From an uncultured Verrucomicrobiae bacterium (GTDB lineage Bacteria; Verrucomicrobiota; Verrucomicrobiia; Chthoniobacterales; UBA10450), in NCBI GenBank assembly GCA_963815455.1, contig CAWFGO010000001.1, positions 1,248,001 through 1,312,000 of the forward strand: 64,000 nucleotides of DNA, read 5' to 3'. Under the pieces are notes generated by a model. It was not told the origin of the DNA, did not search any database, and saw nothing but the letters and a program-made list of their open reading frames with translations. A program made the translations under genes and the position numbers. Positions 10,087 to 20,133 of this stretch are shown here, in pieces. Positions within the stretch are counted from its first letter, which is position 1. Every line of letters starts with the position of its first letter.

Positions 10087-10602
10087 TTAGGCCGCGGGGC
10101 CGCTTGCTTTCTTGCGCATTACGCTTGCGGCAATGAGTCCACTGAACGCGCCAAAGATTCCTGACATGATGGCTATCGCTATCACCTGAATAAGAATGAT
10201 GTACCAGGCGAAACTTTTCGCCGCCTGCTCGGCCATCGAATCCTTCATCGCGTCCATCGTCTGATCGCTGGCAAAGGAGCGAAAAATGGCCAGCATAAAG
10301 TCTCCATTTTGTTTCCCCCAAAGTTGATAATCAAAAATCTGCCAGATCAGGTCGCCGACCACCGCCGCGGCGGCGGTCCCGAGCGCAGTGCTCAAAAACC
10401 CGAGCTTTGCCCCGTCCTTCAGGGTGAGTGTCTGGCCTTGTTTCGTGATCGCGTACCATACCGCCACCACGGCACCGATAACGTAACTTGGAAAAATGCA
10501 TACGTTGATGTAGGGAAGAAGAGAAAGGACGCAGGTCGCAATCGCTCCTACGTACATTGCTTGTTCGACATCCGGCTTTGCTGTGTTCAAGTCGTTTGAC
10601 AT
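10087..10602 (-). CDS. Hypothetical membrane protein (DUF4199-like)
   Basis: 171 aa, about 4 TM segments, DGAKLGFL motif. Confidence 0.7.
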   Translation of the reverse strand: MSNDLNTAKPDVEQAMYVGAIATCVLSLLPYINVCIFPSYVIGAVVAVWYAITKQGQTLTLKDGAKLGFLSTALGTAAAAVVGDLIWQIFDYQLWGKQNGDFMLAIFRSFASDQTMDAMKDSMAEQAAKSFAWYIILIQVIAIAIMSGIFGAFSGLIAASVMRKKASGPAA

Positions 10603-10644
10603 GGCCCTGTTAGATCAAACTTTCCGGTTTCAGACCAGCCAAAG

Positions 10645-11277
10645 ATGACAACAGGAAAACGGCGCTCCATCGCGTCGGATTTGCGTTTTACACAATCGGA
10701 ATTGCGAACATTGCGCGCGTTGAAAACGCCGGCCGGCGTTCAGCGCTTTTTGGACGATCTGCCTTACAATCTCAGCTTCACCGCGCGATCGCCGAAAAAA
10801 GTTCTGCACGATCGCACCGCCTCTTGTCTGGAGGGTGGAATTTTTGCCGCCGCCGCCCTGCGCGTGCTCGGCTTTCCGCCGCTCATTTTCGACCTGGAAG
10901 CCGATCGGGATACCGATCACGTGATTGCGCTTTTCAAAGTGCGCGGTCATTGGGGAGCCGTGGCCAAATCGAATTTCACCGGCTGCCGGTATCGAGAACC
11001 GGTTTACCGCACGCTACGCGAGCTGGCCATGAGTTACTTCAACGTCTATTTCAATTTGCGATTCGAGCGGACGCTGCGGCGCTATTCACGACCGGTAAAT
11101 CTCGCCCGGTTCGATCGGCGCAACTGGATGACGACAGATAAGCCGATTTGGTTTATCGCCGAACATCTTTGCGAAATCCCCCACATCCGCCTGTTAACAT
11201 CGACAATGGAAAGAACTCTCACCCGCGTCGATTCGCGCACCGTTCGCGCCGAAATGGTTGGACACCGGAAAAATTAA
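10645..11277 (+). CDS. Conserved hypothetical protein, transglutaminase-like Cys/His
   Basis: ASCLEG, DHVIA, WGAVAKSN, YREPVYRTLRELAMSYF. Confidence 0.75.
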   Translation: MTTGKRRSIASDLRFTQSELRTLRALKTPAGVQRFLDDLPYNLSFTARSPKKVLHDRTASCLEGGIFAAAALRVLGFPPLIFDLEADRDTDHVIALFKVRGHWGAVAKSNFTGCRYREPVYRTLRELAMSYFNVYFNLRFERTLRRYSRPVNLARFDRRNWMTTDKPIWFIAEHLCEIPHIRLLTSTMERTLTRVDSRTVRAEMVGHRKN

Positions 11278-11289
11278 TCCGGCCCCCGA

Positions 11290-11763
11290 TTAAGCGGAAC
11301 AAATGCGCTGGGCGATATCGACTGCCTCTTTTTCGAGCGGCGCTTTGCGGTAACCAATGGTGAAACATTCGACCAGATACCTTTTCAAAAATGGAAAAAT
11401 TCCGCCGAGCCGTTCGTACTGAGACGCGTGCACCAGCTCGTGCACGAGGAGATGTCGATCCTGCCGGCAATCGCGCCGGACAAAGATACCATAGTGAAAG
11501 GTGAGTCCGCGCGGGGCCGACGCGAGCAAATTGATCGCGCCGCAGGCGGCCCTCAACATCGGATGCGCCGGCGCCGGGATCGCGTCCACCTGGAGCAGGC
11601 GGATCCGCTCCGGTTCTTTGACGCCGGCGGCCTTGGCATCGGCGATTTCTCGTTCTGACAGCGGCGTGCCCTCGCTCAAGATTCGCGCTTCCTGTTCAGC
11701 CGCCCAGTTTGCCGCTAAAGGCAGTAGAGCTTCCATTTGCTCGGGTGAAAATTGCCCCTCCAT
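11290..11763 (-). CDS. HExxH putative zinc metallopeptidase (DUF4157-like)
   Basis: LLVHELVHASQYERLG, GY..APLEKEA. Confidence 0.75.
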   Translation of the reverse strand: MEGQFSPEQMEALLPLAANWAAEQEARILSEGTPLSEREIADAKAAGVKEPERIRLLQVDAIPAPAHPMLRAACGAINLLASAPRGLTFHYGIFVRRDCRQDRHLLVHELVHASQYERLGGIFPFLKRYLVECFTIGYRKAPLEKEAVDIAQRICSA

Positions 11764-11834
11764 CCGATGCAAAACAGCAGGAATGCGGCCAAAAACGCCC
11801 TACAATTTTTCGACGACGCATTCTATCTTGTGCC

Positions 11835-12242
11835 ATGAGCGTACAAGTTTACGGCTGCAATCATGTGGCCATCGAAGTAGGCGATATCAAGAAGGCGATC
11901 GCGTTTTACGAAGACGTTTTCCACCTCGAACAAATGAGCGGAGGCGAGGGCGACGCGTTTTTCAAGCTGGGCGAGCACCAGTTCCTGGCCATGTTCGAAG
12001 TGAAAAATCCGCAACCGGCCAGGATGGGGCATTTCGGGATCATGGTGCGCGATGAGAAACAACTCGAAGAAGTGCGCCAAAAACTGACTAAGAAATACAA
12101 ATTGAAACTGGAGCCGCCGTTCCGCTGCGATTTTCGCGATCCGTGGGGCAACCGGATTCAGGTTGTCGATCTTCACGACGAATCGCTCGTTTGGCTTCTG
12201 CCTTATCGTGAAGTTCAAAAGGCGGGAGTTCGATTCAGATAA
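11835..12242 (+). CDS. VOC/glyoxalase family protein
   Basis: NHVAIEV.D..KAIAFY, GHFGI, FRDPWGNRIQV. Confidence 0.9.
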   Translation: MSVQVYGCNHVAIEVGDIKKAIAFYEDVFHLEQMSGGEGDAFFKLGEHQFLAMFEVKNPQPARMGHFGIMVRDEKQLEEVRQKLTKKYKLKLEPPFRCDFRDPWGNRIQVVDLHDESLVWLLPYREVQKAGVRFR

Positions 12243-12250
12243 GCCTGGCC

Positions 12251-12781
12251 ATGGAGCTCGTGCTCAGCCGCTGCACGTTGCGGGACTGGCGTCGAGATGA
12301 CGCCGCCGGCATCGCAAAACACGCCAACAATCGTCAGGTTTGGCTCGGTGTGCGCGACATTTTTCCGCATCCCTATGGCCTGGCGGATGCAGAAGAGTTC
12401 CTGGCCCGGGCGTTGAGCGAGAATCCACGCACAAGATTTTGTATCGATATCGGCGGAGAAGCCGTGGGCGGTATTGGAATACATCGAGGCAAGGACGTGT
12501 ACCGTCGTACCGCCGAGATCGGTTACTGGCTGGCCGAGGAATTCTGGGGCCGCGGAATTATGACCGAGGTAGTCACCGCTGTTACCGAATATTCCTTTGC
12601 GAATTTTGACCTCCTGCGGGTTGCTGGTCATGTGTTTTCGAATAATCCGGCATCGGCTCGCGTTTTGGAAAAGGCCGGCTTTGTCTTGGAGGGCCGGATG
12701 CGCCAGAATGTGATCAAGGACGGGAAGGTGCTGGATTCCCTGCTTTACGCCAAAACAATCGAACTGAAGCCAAACCAATGA
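12251..12781 (+). CDS. GNAT acetyltransferase (RimJ/RimL type)
   Basis: AEIGYWLAEEFWGRGIMTE, NNPASARVLEKAGF. Confidence 0.92.
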   Translation: MELVLSRCTLRDWRRDDAAGIAKHANNRQVWLGVRDIFPHPYGLADAEEFLARALSENPRTRFCIDIGGEAVGGIGIHRGKDVYRRTAEIGYWLAEEFWGRGIMTEVVTAVTEYSFANFDLLRVAGHVFSNNPASARVLEKAGFVLEGRMRQNVIKDGKVLDSLLYAKTIELKPNQ

Positions 12782-13122
12782 AGAACGAAAATCCCTGGAT
12801 CGAAATTTGCCCCGGAATCAAACGGCAGACGGCAGCGAGCGGGCAGACAATGTATCAAATGGTGGCGCGTCTGGCCGCTGGCAGCAAAATGCCGGAGCAT
12901 CAACATCCGCAGGAGCAGATCGTTCACATTCTCGAAGGCCGGATGAAATTGATTGTCGCCGGGGCTGTGCATGAATTGGCGACTGGAGATTCGTACTATC
13001 TGGCCAGCAATATCCCACACGGCGTGGAAACAATGGAAGAGACGCGAGTCCTCGACACCTTCAGTCCACCCCGGATCGAGTATCTCGCCATCGACGAAGC
13101 GAATCGCCGAAGAGCGTCATGA
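12778..13122 (+). CDS. Cupin domain protein
   Basis: PEHQHPQEQ, IPHGV, DTFSPPR; ATGA-coupled to both neighbours. Confidence 0.9.
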   Translation: MKNENPWIEICPGIKRQTAASGQTMYQMVARLAAGSKMPEHQHPQEQIVHILEGRMKLIVAGAVHELATGDSYYLASNIPHGVETMEETRVLDTFSPPRIEYLAIDEANRRRAS

Positions 13123-13832
13123 TTTCGTTTGTCGTTCCGGCTTACAACGAAGAGCTGGAACTTCCATCGACAATCGCCGCGATCGGCCAGGCTGCGGCCG
13201 AGGGCGCAGGCCAGCCGTTTGAGATTATTGTGGTCGACGACGGGTCCACAGACACGACGGCGAACGTGGCCGCGCAAGCTGGAGCACGAGTTGTCTCAAT
13301 CAATCGTCGCCAGATTGCGGCGGCTCGCAACGCCGGAGCGCGGACCGCACAAGGCGATATTTTGTTTTTTGTCGATGCTGATACGCGCATTAACCGTGGA
13401 CACGTCGCCGATGCCATCGCCGCACTGGAATCGAATTGTGCCGGCGGCAGTGCACGGGTGCTTCCCGACGGATTCATCCCGCTCTGGGGACGCATTTTCG
13501 TAAGCGCATTTTGCCGCGTCTATTTTGGGCTCAACCTCGGCGCGGGCGCTTTTCTTTTTACCACTCGGCGCAATTTCGACGCAATCGGCGGCTTCGACGA
13601 ACAATACTTCATCGGCGAGGAGGTCTATTTCAGTCTTGCCCTTCGAAAGCTGGGCCGGTTCAAGATCCTGCCGCAACCGGTCCTGACCTCCGGCCGAAAA
13701 TTACGCATGTATTCGGCCCGCGAAGTCTTCGCCCGCTCGTTGTCGATCGTCATTCGGGGCCCCCGTGGCGCCCGGTCGAGGGACCGGCTCGATCTTTGGT
13801 ACGGAGGGAAGCGCGAGGAAAGGCGAGCGTAG
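13119..13832 (+). CDS. Glycosyltransferase family 2
   Basis: VVPAYNEE, VDDGSTD, ARNAG, FVDAD, GGFDE, TSGRK. Confidence 0.92.
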   Translation: MISFVVPAYNEELELPSTIAAIGQAAAEGAGQPFEIIVVDDGSTDTTANVAAQAGARVVSINRRQIAAARNAGARTAQGDILFFVDADTRINRGHVADAIAALESNCAGGSARVLPDGFIPLWGRIFVSAFCRVYFGLNLGAGAFLFTTRRNFDAIGGFDEQYFIGEEVYFSLALRKLGRFKILPQPVLTSGRKLRMYSAREVFARSLSIVIRGPRGARSRDRLDLWYGGKREERRA

Positions 13833-13842
13833 AGCGCGTCGC

Positions 13843-14871
13843 TCAGGACCCCGCTTTCATCGACGCATCGCCATTGGTTTGGAGCGCAAAGAGCTCAGAG
13901 CCTAACATTTCTTCCACGGCACGATATACCTTCAGGCTACAGACGCCGCAACGCTGGTAAAGGTTCTCCAGTGAAATCGGTTGGCTGTAAGCAATTTGCC
14001 AAATCTCCTCGGCCAATGGTCGCAGCTCCTCGAGATCGGTCCGAGGCCAGACAAAGTTCAATTGCTTTCGTTTTAGGCTGGCTGTCTCCGCCTTCATGCG
14101 CTTGCACAAATCTTCAAATTCGTCGCGCATATGGATAGCTTTCAGAAGTATCTCGTCCGCGTTCCCGCTAATCGCGCTTTCATCGGTCCACTCGGCACTG
14201 GGCACGGCTTCTTGCGAAAAGGAGAATGTCCAGCCTCGGCGAGCCTGGATGAAAAGCTGCCAAAATGCCTCCTCGCCTTTTAGATGTTGAAAGCGGCCCC
14301 GGCGCGGAATTCCTTTGTCGAAATAGAATTCGCAAGTCGTCTCGCCATTTTCGTCAACAATGGCAAGGAGGCCAGTCTGCATCGATCGGACGATCATTTG
14401 ATATATCGTGACGACATCGAAGTTGGCCAAACTTCCGACCAACTCGCGGGCGCCATTTTGCGATCTTCCGATCTCCCGCGCCTGAAACAATTGATGCGCG
14501 AGCTTTTGACACAAGAAAAAGAAAAAAGGCGGCACTTGCTGACGAAGTTCCGGAAAATCATCTCCCCGAAAGCACTGCACACTCAGAGGCCCGCGGGCCC
14601 GAGCCGTCTGGCTGCGAGCAACGCCAAGAAATGGGCCGATTTCGCCAAAAATATCGCCCCGAGAGAGGATGGTCGGCATCCCGGAATGAGAAGCTTCGGA
14701 GGTGATCTCGACCAGCCCACGATTGATAACGAAAAGCTCGTCGCCCGGGTCGCCCGGGGAGTAAACACGTTCGTCTTGTAAAAAGTGCCTGACCCGTGAC
14801 AGTTTGCTGATAGCTCTCAACTCCGGCAAAGGGAGCGAGCTACAGAAGGCAAAAAAATCGTTCTCGGGCAT
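13843..14871 (-). CDS. Cyclic nucleotide-binding domain plus DUF4388-like domain protein
   Basis: GDPGDELFVI..GLV, GDIFGE (cNMP); GSLANFDVVTIYQMI...QTGLL, GEEAF (DUF4388); start placed at MPEND. Confidence 0.8.
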   Translation of the reverse strand: MPENDFFAFCSSLPLPELRAISKLSRVRHFLQDERVYSPGDPGDELFVINRGLVEITSEASHSGMPTILSRGDIFGEIGPFLGVARSQTARARGPLSVQCFRGDDFPELRQQVPPFFFFLCQKLAHQLFQAREIGRSQNGARELVGSLANFDVVTIYQMIVRSMQTGLLAIVDENGETTCEFYFDKGIPRRGRFQHLKGEEAFWQLFIQARRGWTFSFSQEAVPSAEWTDESAISGNADEILLKAIHMRDEFEDLCKRMKAETASLKRKQLNFVWPRTDLEELRPLAEEIWQIAYSQPISLENLYQRCGVCSLKVYRAVEEMLGSELFALQTNGDASMKAGS

Positions 14872-14993
14872 TCCTTCTGCGAAGCAAGAGTTGTGCGGGA
14901 CATTGGAATTCAATCGCTTCCTTGGATCGACCAGAGGGCTGCTGAGGACGCACTTGCGAATCGGCATTATTCATCTAGAATAGGCCCTTCGAA

Positions 14994-15257
14994 ATGGCAG
15001 AGAATACGGAAACGTTGAGCCTGAAGGAGTTCCAGCTGCACGAAAAAGACACCGGCAGCGCGGATGTGCAAGTCGCACTTCTGACGCGCCGGATCGAGCA
15101 TCTGACCGAACACCTTAAGACCAACCGCAAAGATCACTCCTCGCGCCGCGGCCTTTTAAAAATGGTCGCGCAGCGCCGCAGTCTGCTCGATTACTTGAGC
15201 AAGACCAAAGCCGATCGCTATAAGAAGCTGCTCGACGGGTTAAACCTGCGGAAGTAA
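14994..15257 (+). CDS. rpsO: 30S ribosomal protein S15
   Basis: [20 protein letters not shown]...[13 protein letters not shown]. Confidence 0.98.
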   Translation: MAENTETLSLKEFQLHEKDTGSADVQVALLTRRIEHLTEHLKTNRKDHSSRRGLLKMVAQRRSLLDYLSKTKADRYKKLLDGLNLRK

Positions 15258-15328
15258 TCGAGTCGATCTTCGTGCGGACATCAGCAGTTCCCGATTCGAA
15301 GCCAAACGTAATTAGAAAAAACAACAGC

Positions 15329-15449
15329 AGTCCAGGCCGCAGTAACCACCTTGGATTTTAGGTTTTAGTTTCGACGGAACGGCGCTCGCCGCGGCGAGCG
15401 ATCCTCGTGCGGGTTTAAAACCTACAGTCAAGGTGACCGGCCTGGGACT
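15329..15449 (+). promoter_or_regulatory. Long stem-loop in the pnp 5' leader (putative RNase III site)
   Basis: AGTCCAGGCCG/CGGCCTGGGACT, CACCTTG..TAGGTTTTA/TAAAACCTA..CAAGGTG, inner CGCTCGCCGCGGCGAGCG. Confidence 0.7.
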
Positions 15450-15469
15450 CGCACATCCAGGAAACTACA

Positions 15470-17620
15470 ATGCAAAAGAAGGTCACGGCCCAAATCGGGG
15501 CCAATCAAATCTCAATCGAAACCGGCAAAATCGCCAAACTGGCAGACGGGGCGGTCATCGTTTCATGCGGCGAGACCATGGTGATGGCGAGCGCGGTTTC
15601 GGCTACGTCGATCAAGGAAGGCCAGGACTGGTTCCCTCTCACGGTCGATTACCGAGAAAAAGCCGCGGCGGTCGGAAAATTTCCCGGCGGCTATTTCAAA
15701 CGCGAAGGCCGTCCCTCCGAAAAGGAAACATTGACTTCACGAATGACGGACCGGCCGCTTCGGCCGCTGTTTCCGCAGGGATATTTTTACGACACGCAAG
15801 TCATCAGTTTGTTGCTCAGCGCCGACGGTGAAAACGATCCCGACATTTTAGCGATCAACGGTGCGTCGGCGGCGCTTTGCGTTTCCGATATTCCGTTCGC
15901 CGGACCGGTTGGCGCGGTGCGCGTCGGTCGCGTGAATGGCCAATTCGTCGCCAACCCGACCCATGCAGAGCGCGAACAAAGCGATCTCGATCTTATTTAC
16001 GTAGGCACCGAGAACGACGTGATCATGATTGAAGGGGCGGCCGATGAAATCCCGGAAGCGGAGTTCGTGAAATCGCTCGAATTTGCGCATGGACACGCGC
16101 GCGAGATGATTCGCATTCAGAAGGAATTAGCCGCGCAAGTGGGCAAGCCGAAACGCGAGATGCCGCTACTGAATGTCGATCCAACGTTACTCGACATTGC
16201 GTATCAGGTGGCCGGCGACAAGATCGAAGCCGCGCTTTACACCGAAGGCAAAGTCGCGCGCAGCAAGGCCGTCGAAGCGCTCCGGGAACAGGTGAAGGCG
16301 GCGATCCTGGAAAAACATCCCGAGGCCGACAAATTCGCCATGACCCAGGCGTTCGACTACGTCCAGAAGAAGGCGTTTCGCAAAAGCATCCTGGAAAAAC
16401 AAAAGCGCATGGACGGTCGCGGTTATCAGGATTTGCGGCAAATAACCTGCGAAGTTGGCCTGCTGCCGCGGGCACATGGCTCGGCGATTTTCCAGCGTGG
16501 TGAGACACAGGCGCTCGCGCTGACAACACTCGCCCCGATCGAAGAAGCGCAAAACATCGACGCCTACGGCGGCGGGGAAACGTCGAAGCGCTTCATTTTG
16601 CATTATAATTTTCCGCCGTTTAGCGTCGGCGAAACTGGGCGAACCGGCGGCACCAGCCGGCGAGAGATCGGACACGGGGCATTGGCGGAGCGTTCGCTGG
16701 AGCCCATCATTCCGAGCGAAACGGATTTTCGTTATGCCATTCGAATATCGAGCGAGATCATGGAATCAAATGGATCGACCTCGATGGCCAGCGTGTGCGG
16801 CGGAATGCTCGCGCTCATGGACGCGGGTGTGCCAATCAAGACGCTTGTTGCCGGAATCTCTGTCGGTCTGGTGACGGAACATGGCGAAGATCGACAACTC
16901 AAGCGCTACGAATTACTGACGGACATCATCGGCTCCGAGGATCACTTCGGCGATATGGATTTCAAACTGTGCGGCACCGACAACGGCGTCACCGGTTTCC
17001 AGCTCGATCTGAAACTTCCGGGCGTAAGCCACAAGATCATGGCCGAGGCGATCGGGCGGGCAAAAGAAGCGCGCACGAAAATTCTCGCAATCATGCGGAC
17101 CGCTCTCGACAAACCGCGGACGGAATTGTCGAAGTACGCGCCGCGCATTGAGACAATCAAGATCAATCCGGAGAAGATTGGCGCGCTCATCGGGCCCGGT
17201 GGCAAGACCATCAAGGGAATTGTAGCTGAAACCGGCGCGGAAATTAACATCGAGGACGACGGCTCGGTGCACATTTACGCGACGAGTGGCGAATCGATGG
17301 CGCGGGCAAAAGAAATCATCGGGGGAATGTCCCGCGAGATTGAGATTGGCCAAACCTACCAGGGACGCGTCGTTTCGACCAAGGAGTTTGGCGCGTTTGT
17401 CGAAGTTCTGCCGGGCAAGGATGGACTCGTTCACATTTCCGAGCTGGCGGATTTCCGGGTCAAACGCACCGAGGACGTGGTGAAGATCGGCGACATGGTT
17501 TGGGTCAAATGCATCGGTATCGACGATAAAGGGCGGGTTAAACTCTCGCGCAAGGCCGCTCTTAAAGAGCGGGCCGAGGCCGAAACCGGCCAGCCGGCGC
17601 CCGCCGAGCAGGCTCATTAG
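15470..17620 (+). CDS. pnp: Polyribonucleotide nucleotidyltransferase
   Basis: FPLTVDYREK, SRREIGHG, ESNGSTSMAS, GDMDFK, KH and S1 domains. Confidence 0.98.
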   Translation: MQKKVTAQIGANQISIETGKIAKLADGAVIVSCGETMVMASAVSATSIKEGQDWFPLTVDYREKAAAVGKFPGGYFKREGRPSEKETLTSRMTDRPLRPLFPQGYFYDTQVISLLLSADGENDPDILAINGASAALCVSDIPFAGPVGAVRVGRVNGQFVANPTHAEREQSDLDLIYVGTENDVIMIEGAADEIPEAEFVKSLEFAHGHAREMIRIQKELAAQVGKPKREMPLLNVDPTLLDIAYQVAGDKIEAALYTEGKVARSKAVEALREQVKAAILEKHPEADKFAMTQAFDYVQKKAFRKSILEKQKRMDGRGYQDLRQITCEVGLLPRAHGSAIFQRGETQALALTTLAPIEEAQNIDAYGGGETSKRFILHYNFPPFSVGETGRTGGTSRREIGHGALAERSLEPIIPSETDFRYAIRISSEIMESNGSTSMASVCGGMLALMDAGVPIKTLVAGISVGLVTEHGEDRQLKRYELLTDIIGSEDHFGDMDFKLCGTDNGVTGFQLDLKLPGVSHKIMAEAIGRAKEARTKILAIMRTALDKPRTELSKYAPRIETIKINPEKIGALIGPGGKTIKGIVAETGAEINIEDDGSVHIYATSGESMARAKEIIGGMSREIEIGQTYQGRVVSTKEFGAFVEVLPGKDGLVHISELADFRVKRTEDVVKIGDMVWVKCIGIDDKGRVKLSRKAALKERAEAETGQPAPAEQAH

Positions 17621-17625
17621 CAACT

Positions 17626-17696
17626 CGGTGGCGGCGTTCCAGGAGCGTCACATTCTTCCGGGTCGAAATTTGCGACGGTCGCAGACCGCCGCTACA
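17626..17696. repeat. GTAG-type REP-like element (…GCGACGGTCGCAGACCGCCGCTACA)
   Basis: Imperfect inverted repeat ending CTACA, between pnp and the next gene. Confidence 0.6.
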
Positions 17697-17707
17697 GAAG
17701 AATAGCC

Positions 17708-18694
17708 ATGACAACGTCGGCTCGACTTTGGTACGGCCTGCTCGCGCTCACGCTGATATTGGCGGGGCTGCTAAAGCTGGGAGGGCCGTTGCTGGTGGCG
17801 TTTTTTTCCTATTTCGCCCTGCGCAAGCTTGTTCGGCTGACAAAGAAAAAATGGCTCGCTCTGATTCTGTTTACATTAATGGTGGCGGGACTGGCCTTTG
17901 CCGCCGTGTATTTTACCCGGGCGGCGCTTCGCGCGCTGCCGGACGTGGCTGATACGTCCATCCCAACGGCCAGCGCCTGGGCTCAAAAACGGCAGATCGA
18001 ATTGCCCTTCACCGATTTCGATAGCCTGAGGGACCTGATCGTCACGACGGTAAAGGAAGAAGCGAAGTACCTGCAAAACGTGGCCCACTTCGCCGGAAGC
18101 ACAACCGCGTTGGCGCTCTTTACGGTGATTTCGATTGTCGCGGCCTCGAGCTTGTTTTTGAAAAGCGGCCTTGATCTTGATCCGCACACTCACCTCCTAA
18201 AGAACAATCTCTATTCGGTTTTCAGCGAAGAGGTCTCCGCGCGATTCCGAGACTTCTACAACAGCTTCTCTACGGTAATGGGCGCGCAGATCATGATATC
18301 ACTGATCAATACGATCTTGACCGCAATTTTCGTCATCGCGGTCCATCTGCCCCATGGTCCCCTTATTATTGCCCTGACGTTTCTCTGCGGTCTCGTTCCC
18401 ATCGTGGGCAATTTGATCAGCAATACGGTCATCGTCTGCGTTGCCCTGACGGTGTCGCTAAACCTGGGGATTGGCGCTCTGGTGTTCCTGGTTTTGATCC
18501 ACAAGCTCGAATATTTTCTAAATAGCAAGATTATTGGGCTCCGCATTCGGAACCCGGTTTGGTTAACGCTGATTGGCTTGATTATCGGCGAAAGAATCAT
18601 GGGAATTCCCGGTCTGATCCTGGCGCCCGTGGTGTTGAACTATGTGCGGATGGAGATGTTGCAAATCGAAGTACCGCCGCCGAGGGAACAGTAA
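17708..18694 (+). CDS. AI-2E (PerM/UPF0118) family transporter
   Basis: Multi-TM; GLVPIVGN, HKLEYFLNSKIIG, GIPGLILAP. Confidence 0.9.
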   Translation: MTTSARLWYGLLALTLILAGLLKLGGPLLVAFFSYFALRKLVRLTKKKWLALILFTLMVAGLAFAAVYFTRAALRALPDVADTSIPTASAWAQKRQIELPFTDFDSLRDLIVTTVKEEAKYLQNVAHFAGSTTALALFTVISIVAASSLFLKSGLDLDPHTHLLKNNLYSVFSEEVSARFRDFYNSFSTVMGAQIMISLINTILTAIFVIAVHLPHGPLIIALTFLCGLVPIVGNLISNTVIVCVALTVSLNLGIGALVFLVLIHKLEYFLNSKIIGLRIRNPVWLTLIGLIIGERIMGIPGLILAPVVLNYVRMEMLQIEVPPPREQ

Positions 18695-18808
18695 CTACGA
18701 ATAGACACGAATGGGAGGGTGTGGTGGCAGACTTGGAGGCCTTCGGGAATTTGGGTATGGCTTCGCGACGCTACGTCCATTCGTGTTCATTCGTGTTTAT
18801 TCGTCGTT
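18694..18808. repeat. Palindromic element built from (C/T)ACGAAT / ATTCGTG units
   Basis: ACTACGAATAGACACGAATG ... CATTCGTGTTCATTCGTGTTTATTCGT. Confidence 0.65.
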
Positions 18809-18814
18809 GAAACC

Positions 18815-20032
18815 ATGAAAGCGGGCTTTCTTGAGAAACTAATCGAGCGACTCGGCCGCGTGGGCCCGGAAGATGTGCAGAATTATCTCATCCGGCTGGC
18901 GCAGGAGAAAGGCTTTCTCGAAACGGTTTTCAACGCGATTCAGGAAGGAATTATCGTTACCGATTCGAAAGGGCGCATCAGCTACCTTAACGACGCGGCC
19001 TGCGAAATATTCGGGCTCGATGCCGACGACGCGGTTGGCAAACGCCTCGACGAACGGGTGCGCGGTCTGGACTGGGACGCATTGACGAAAAGCGGCGCGG
19101 CGCTCAGCCGGGACATGGAGATTTTTTATCCGGTCAACCGTTTTATCAATTTTTACGTGGTTCCATTGCTGATCGAGCAGCGAGACACAGCGGAGACGCG
19201 CTACGGCGAGCAGGTGGGCCACGCCATGATCCTGCGGGACATCACAGAAAGCCGACGCACCGCGCAGCAGACGATCGAGTCGGAGCGACTAAATGCGCTG
19301 ACGTTACTCGCCGCCGGCGTAGCCCACGAAATAGGCAATCCGCTAAATTCGCTTCACATTCATTTGCAGTTGATGGAGCGACAGGCGCATAAACTGGATG
19401 GCGCGGCCCGGGAAGAATTCGAGGAATCCATCGACATCGCCCGCGCTGAAGTGACGCGGCTCGATTCGATTGTAACGCAATTCCTCCGCGCGATCCGGCC
19501 TTCAAGACCCCAGTTGCATCCGGAGAATTTGAACGCTTTGGTCGACGAATCCGTCCGTTTTTTTGCGCCCGAGATAATGGACCGAAACATTGTAGTCGAA
19601 CAGGAATTGCGTTCCGATTTGCCGCTTCTCCAACTGGATCGCGACCAGATGAAGCAGGCGTTTTACAACGTGATCAAGAACAGCTTGGAGGCGATGAAAC
19701 GCCGAGGCGTGCTGCGCATTCGCACGGATATGGACGACACCCACGTGCTAGTTAGTTTTATCGACACCGGCGGCGGAATGTCCGCGGAAAATTTGAGCCG
19801 CGTGTATGAGGCATACTTTACCACGAAACCATCTGGAACCGGCCTCGGGCTGTTGATCGTGCGACGCATCGTTCGCGAACACGGCGGGGAGCTCTCCATC
19901 GAGAGCAGCGAGGGCAAAGGCTTTACTCTCACGATACGCCTGCCTTACATCGACAGACGTGTCAGAATGCTGGAAGCGGGGAGCGCAGGAAGTCCGAAAA
20001 TGGAAGGGACTGAACGGGCCGACGGCGCTTAG
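18815..20032 (+). CDS. PAS-domain sensor histidine kinase (NtrB/AtoS-like)
   Basis: PAS region, AHEIGNPL H-box, NVIKNS, DTGGG, GTGLGL; start MKAGF. Confidence 0.93.
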   Translation: MKAGFLEKLIERLGRVGPEDVQNYLIRLAQEKGFLETVFNAIQEGIIVTDSKGRISYLNDAACEIFGLDADDAVGKRLDERVRGLDWDALTKSGAALSRDMEIFYPVNRFINFYVVPLLIEQRDTAETRYGEQVGHAMILRDITESRRTAQQTIESERLNALTLLAAGVAHEIGNPLNSLHIHLQLMERQAHKLDGAAREEFEESIDIARAEVTRLDSIVTQFLRAIRPSRPQLHPENLNALVDESVRFFAPEIMDRNIVVEQELRSDLPLLQLDRDQMKQAFYNVIKNSLEAMKRRGVLRIRTDMDDTHVLVSFIDTGGGMSAENLSRVYEAYFTTKPSGTGLGLLIVRRIVREHGGELSIESSEGKGFTLTIRLPYIDRRVRMLEAGSAGSPKMEGTERADGA

Positions 20033-20079
20033 CTACTGCTCACACTCGCGAGCCCGGTTGACGCGAACACGGCCCACAA

Positions 20080-20113
20080 CCCGCAGCCGGGGTCAAGGAC
20101 CCCGGCTACAGGG
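20080..20113 (-). terminator. GC-rich hairpin downstream of the giant gene (REP-like, possibly bidirectional terminator)
   Basis: CCCGCAGCCGGGGTC-AAG-GACCCCGGCTACAGGG between convergent genes. Confidence 0.55.
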
Positions 20114-20133
20114 ATAAAGACTGCAAAACGGGA

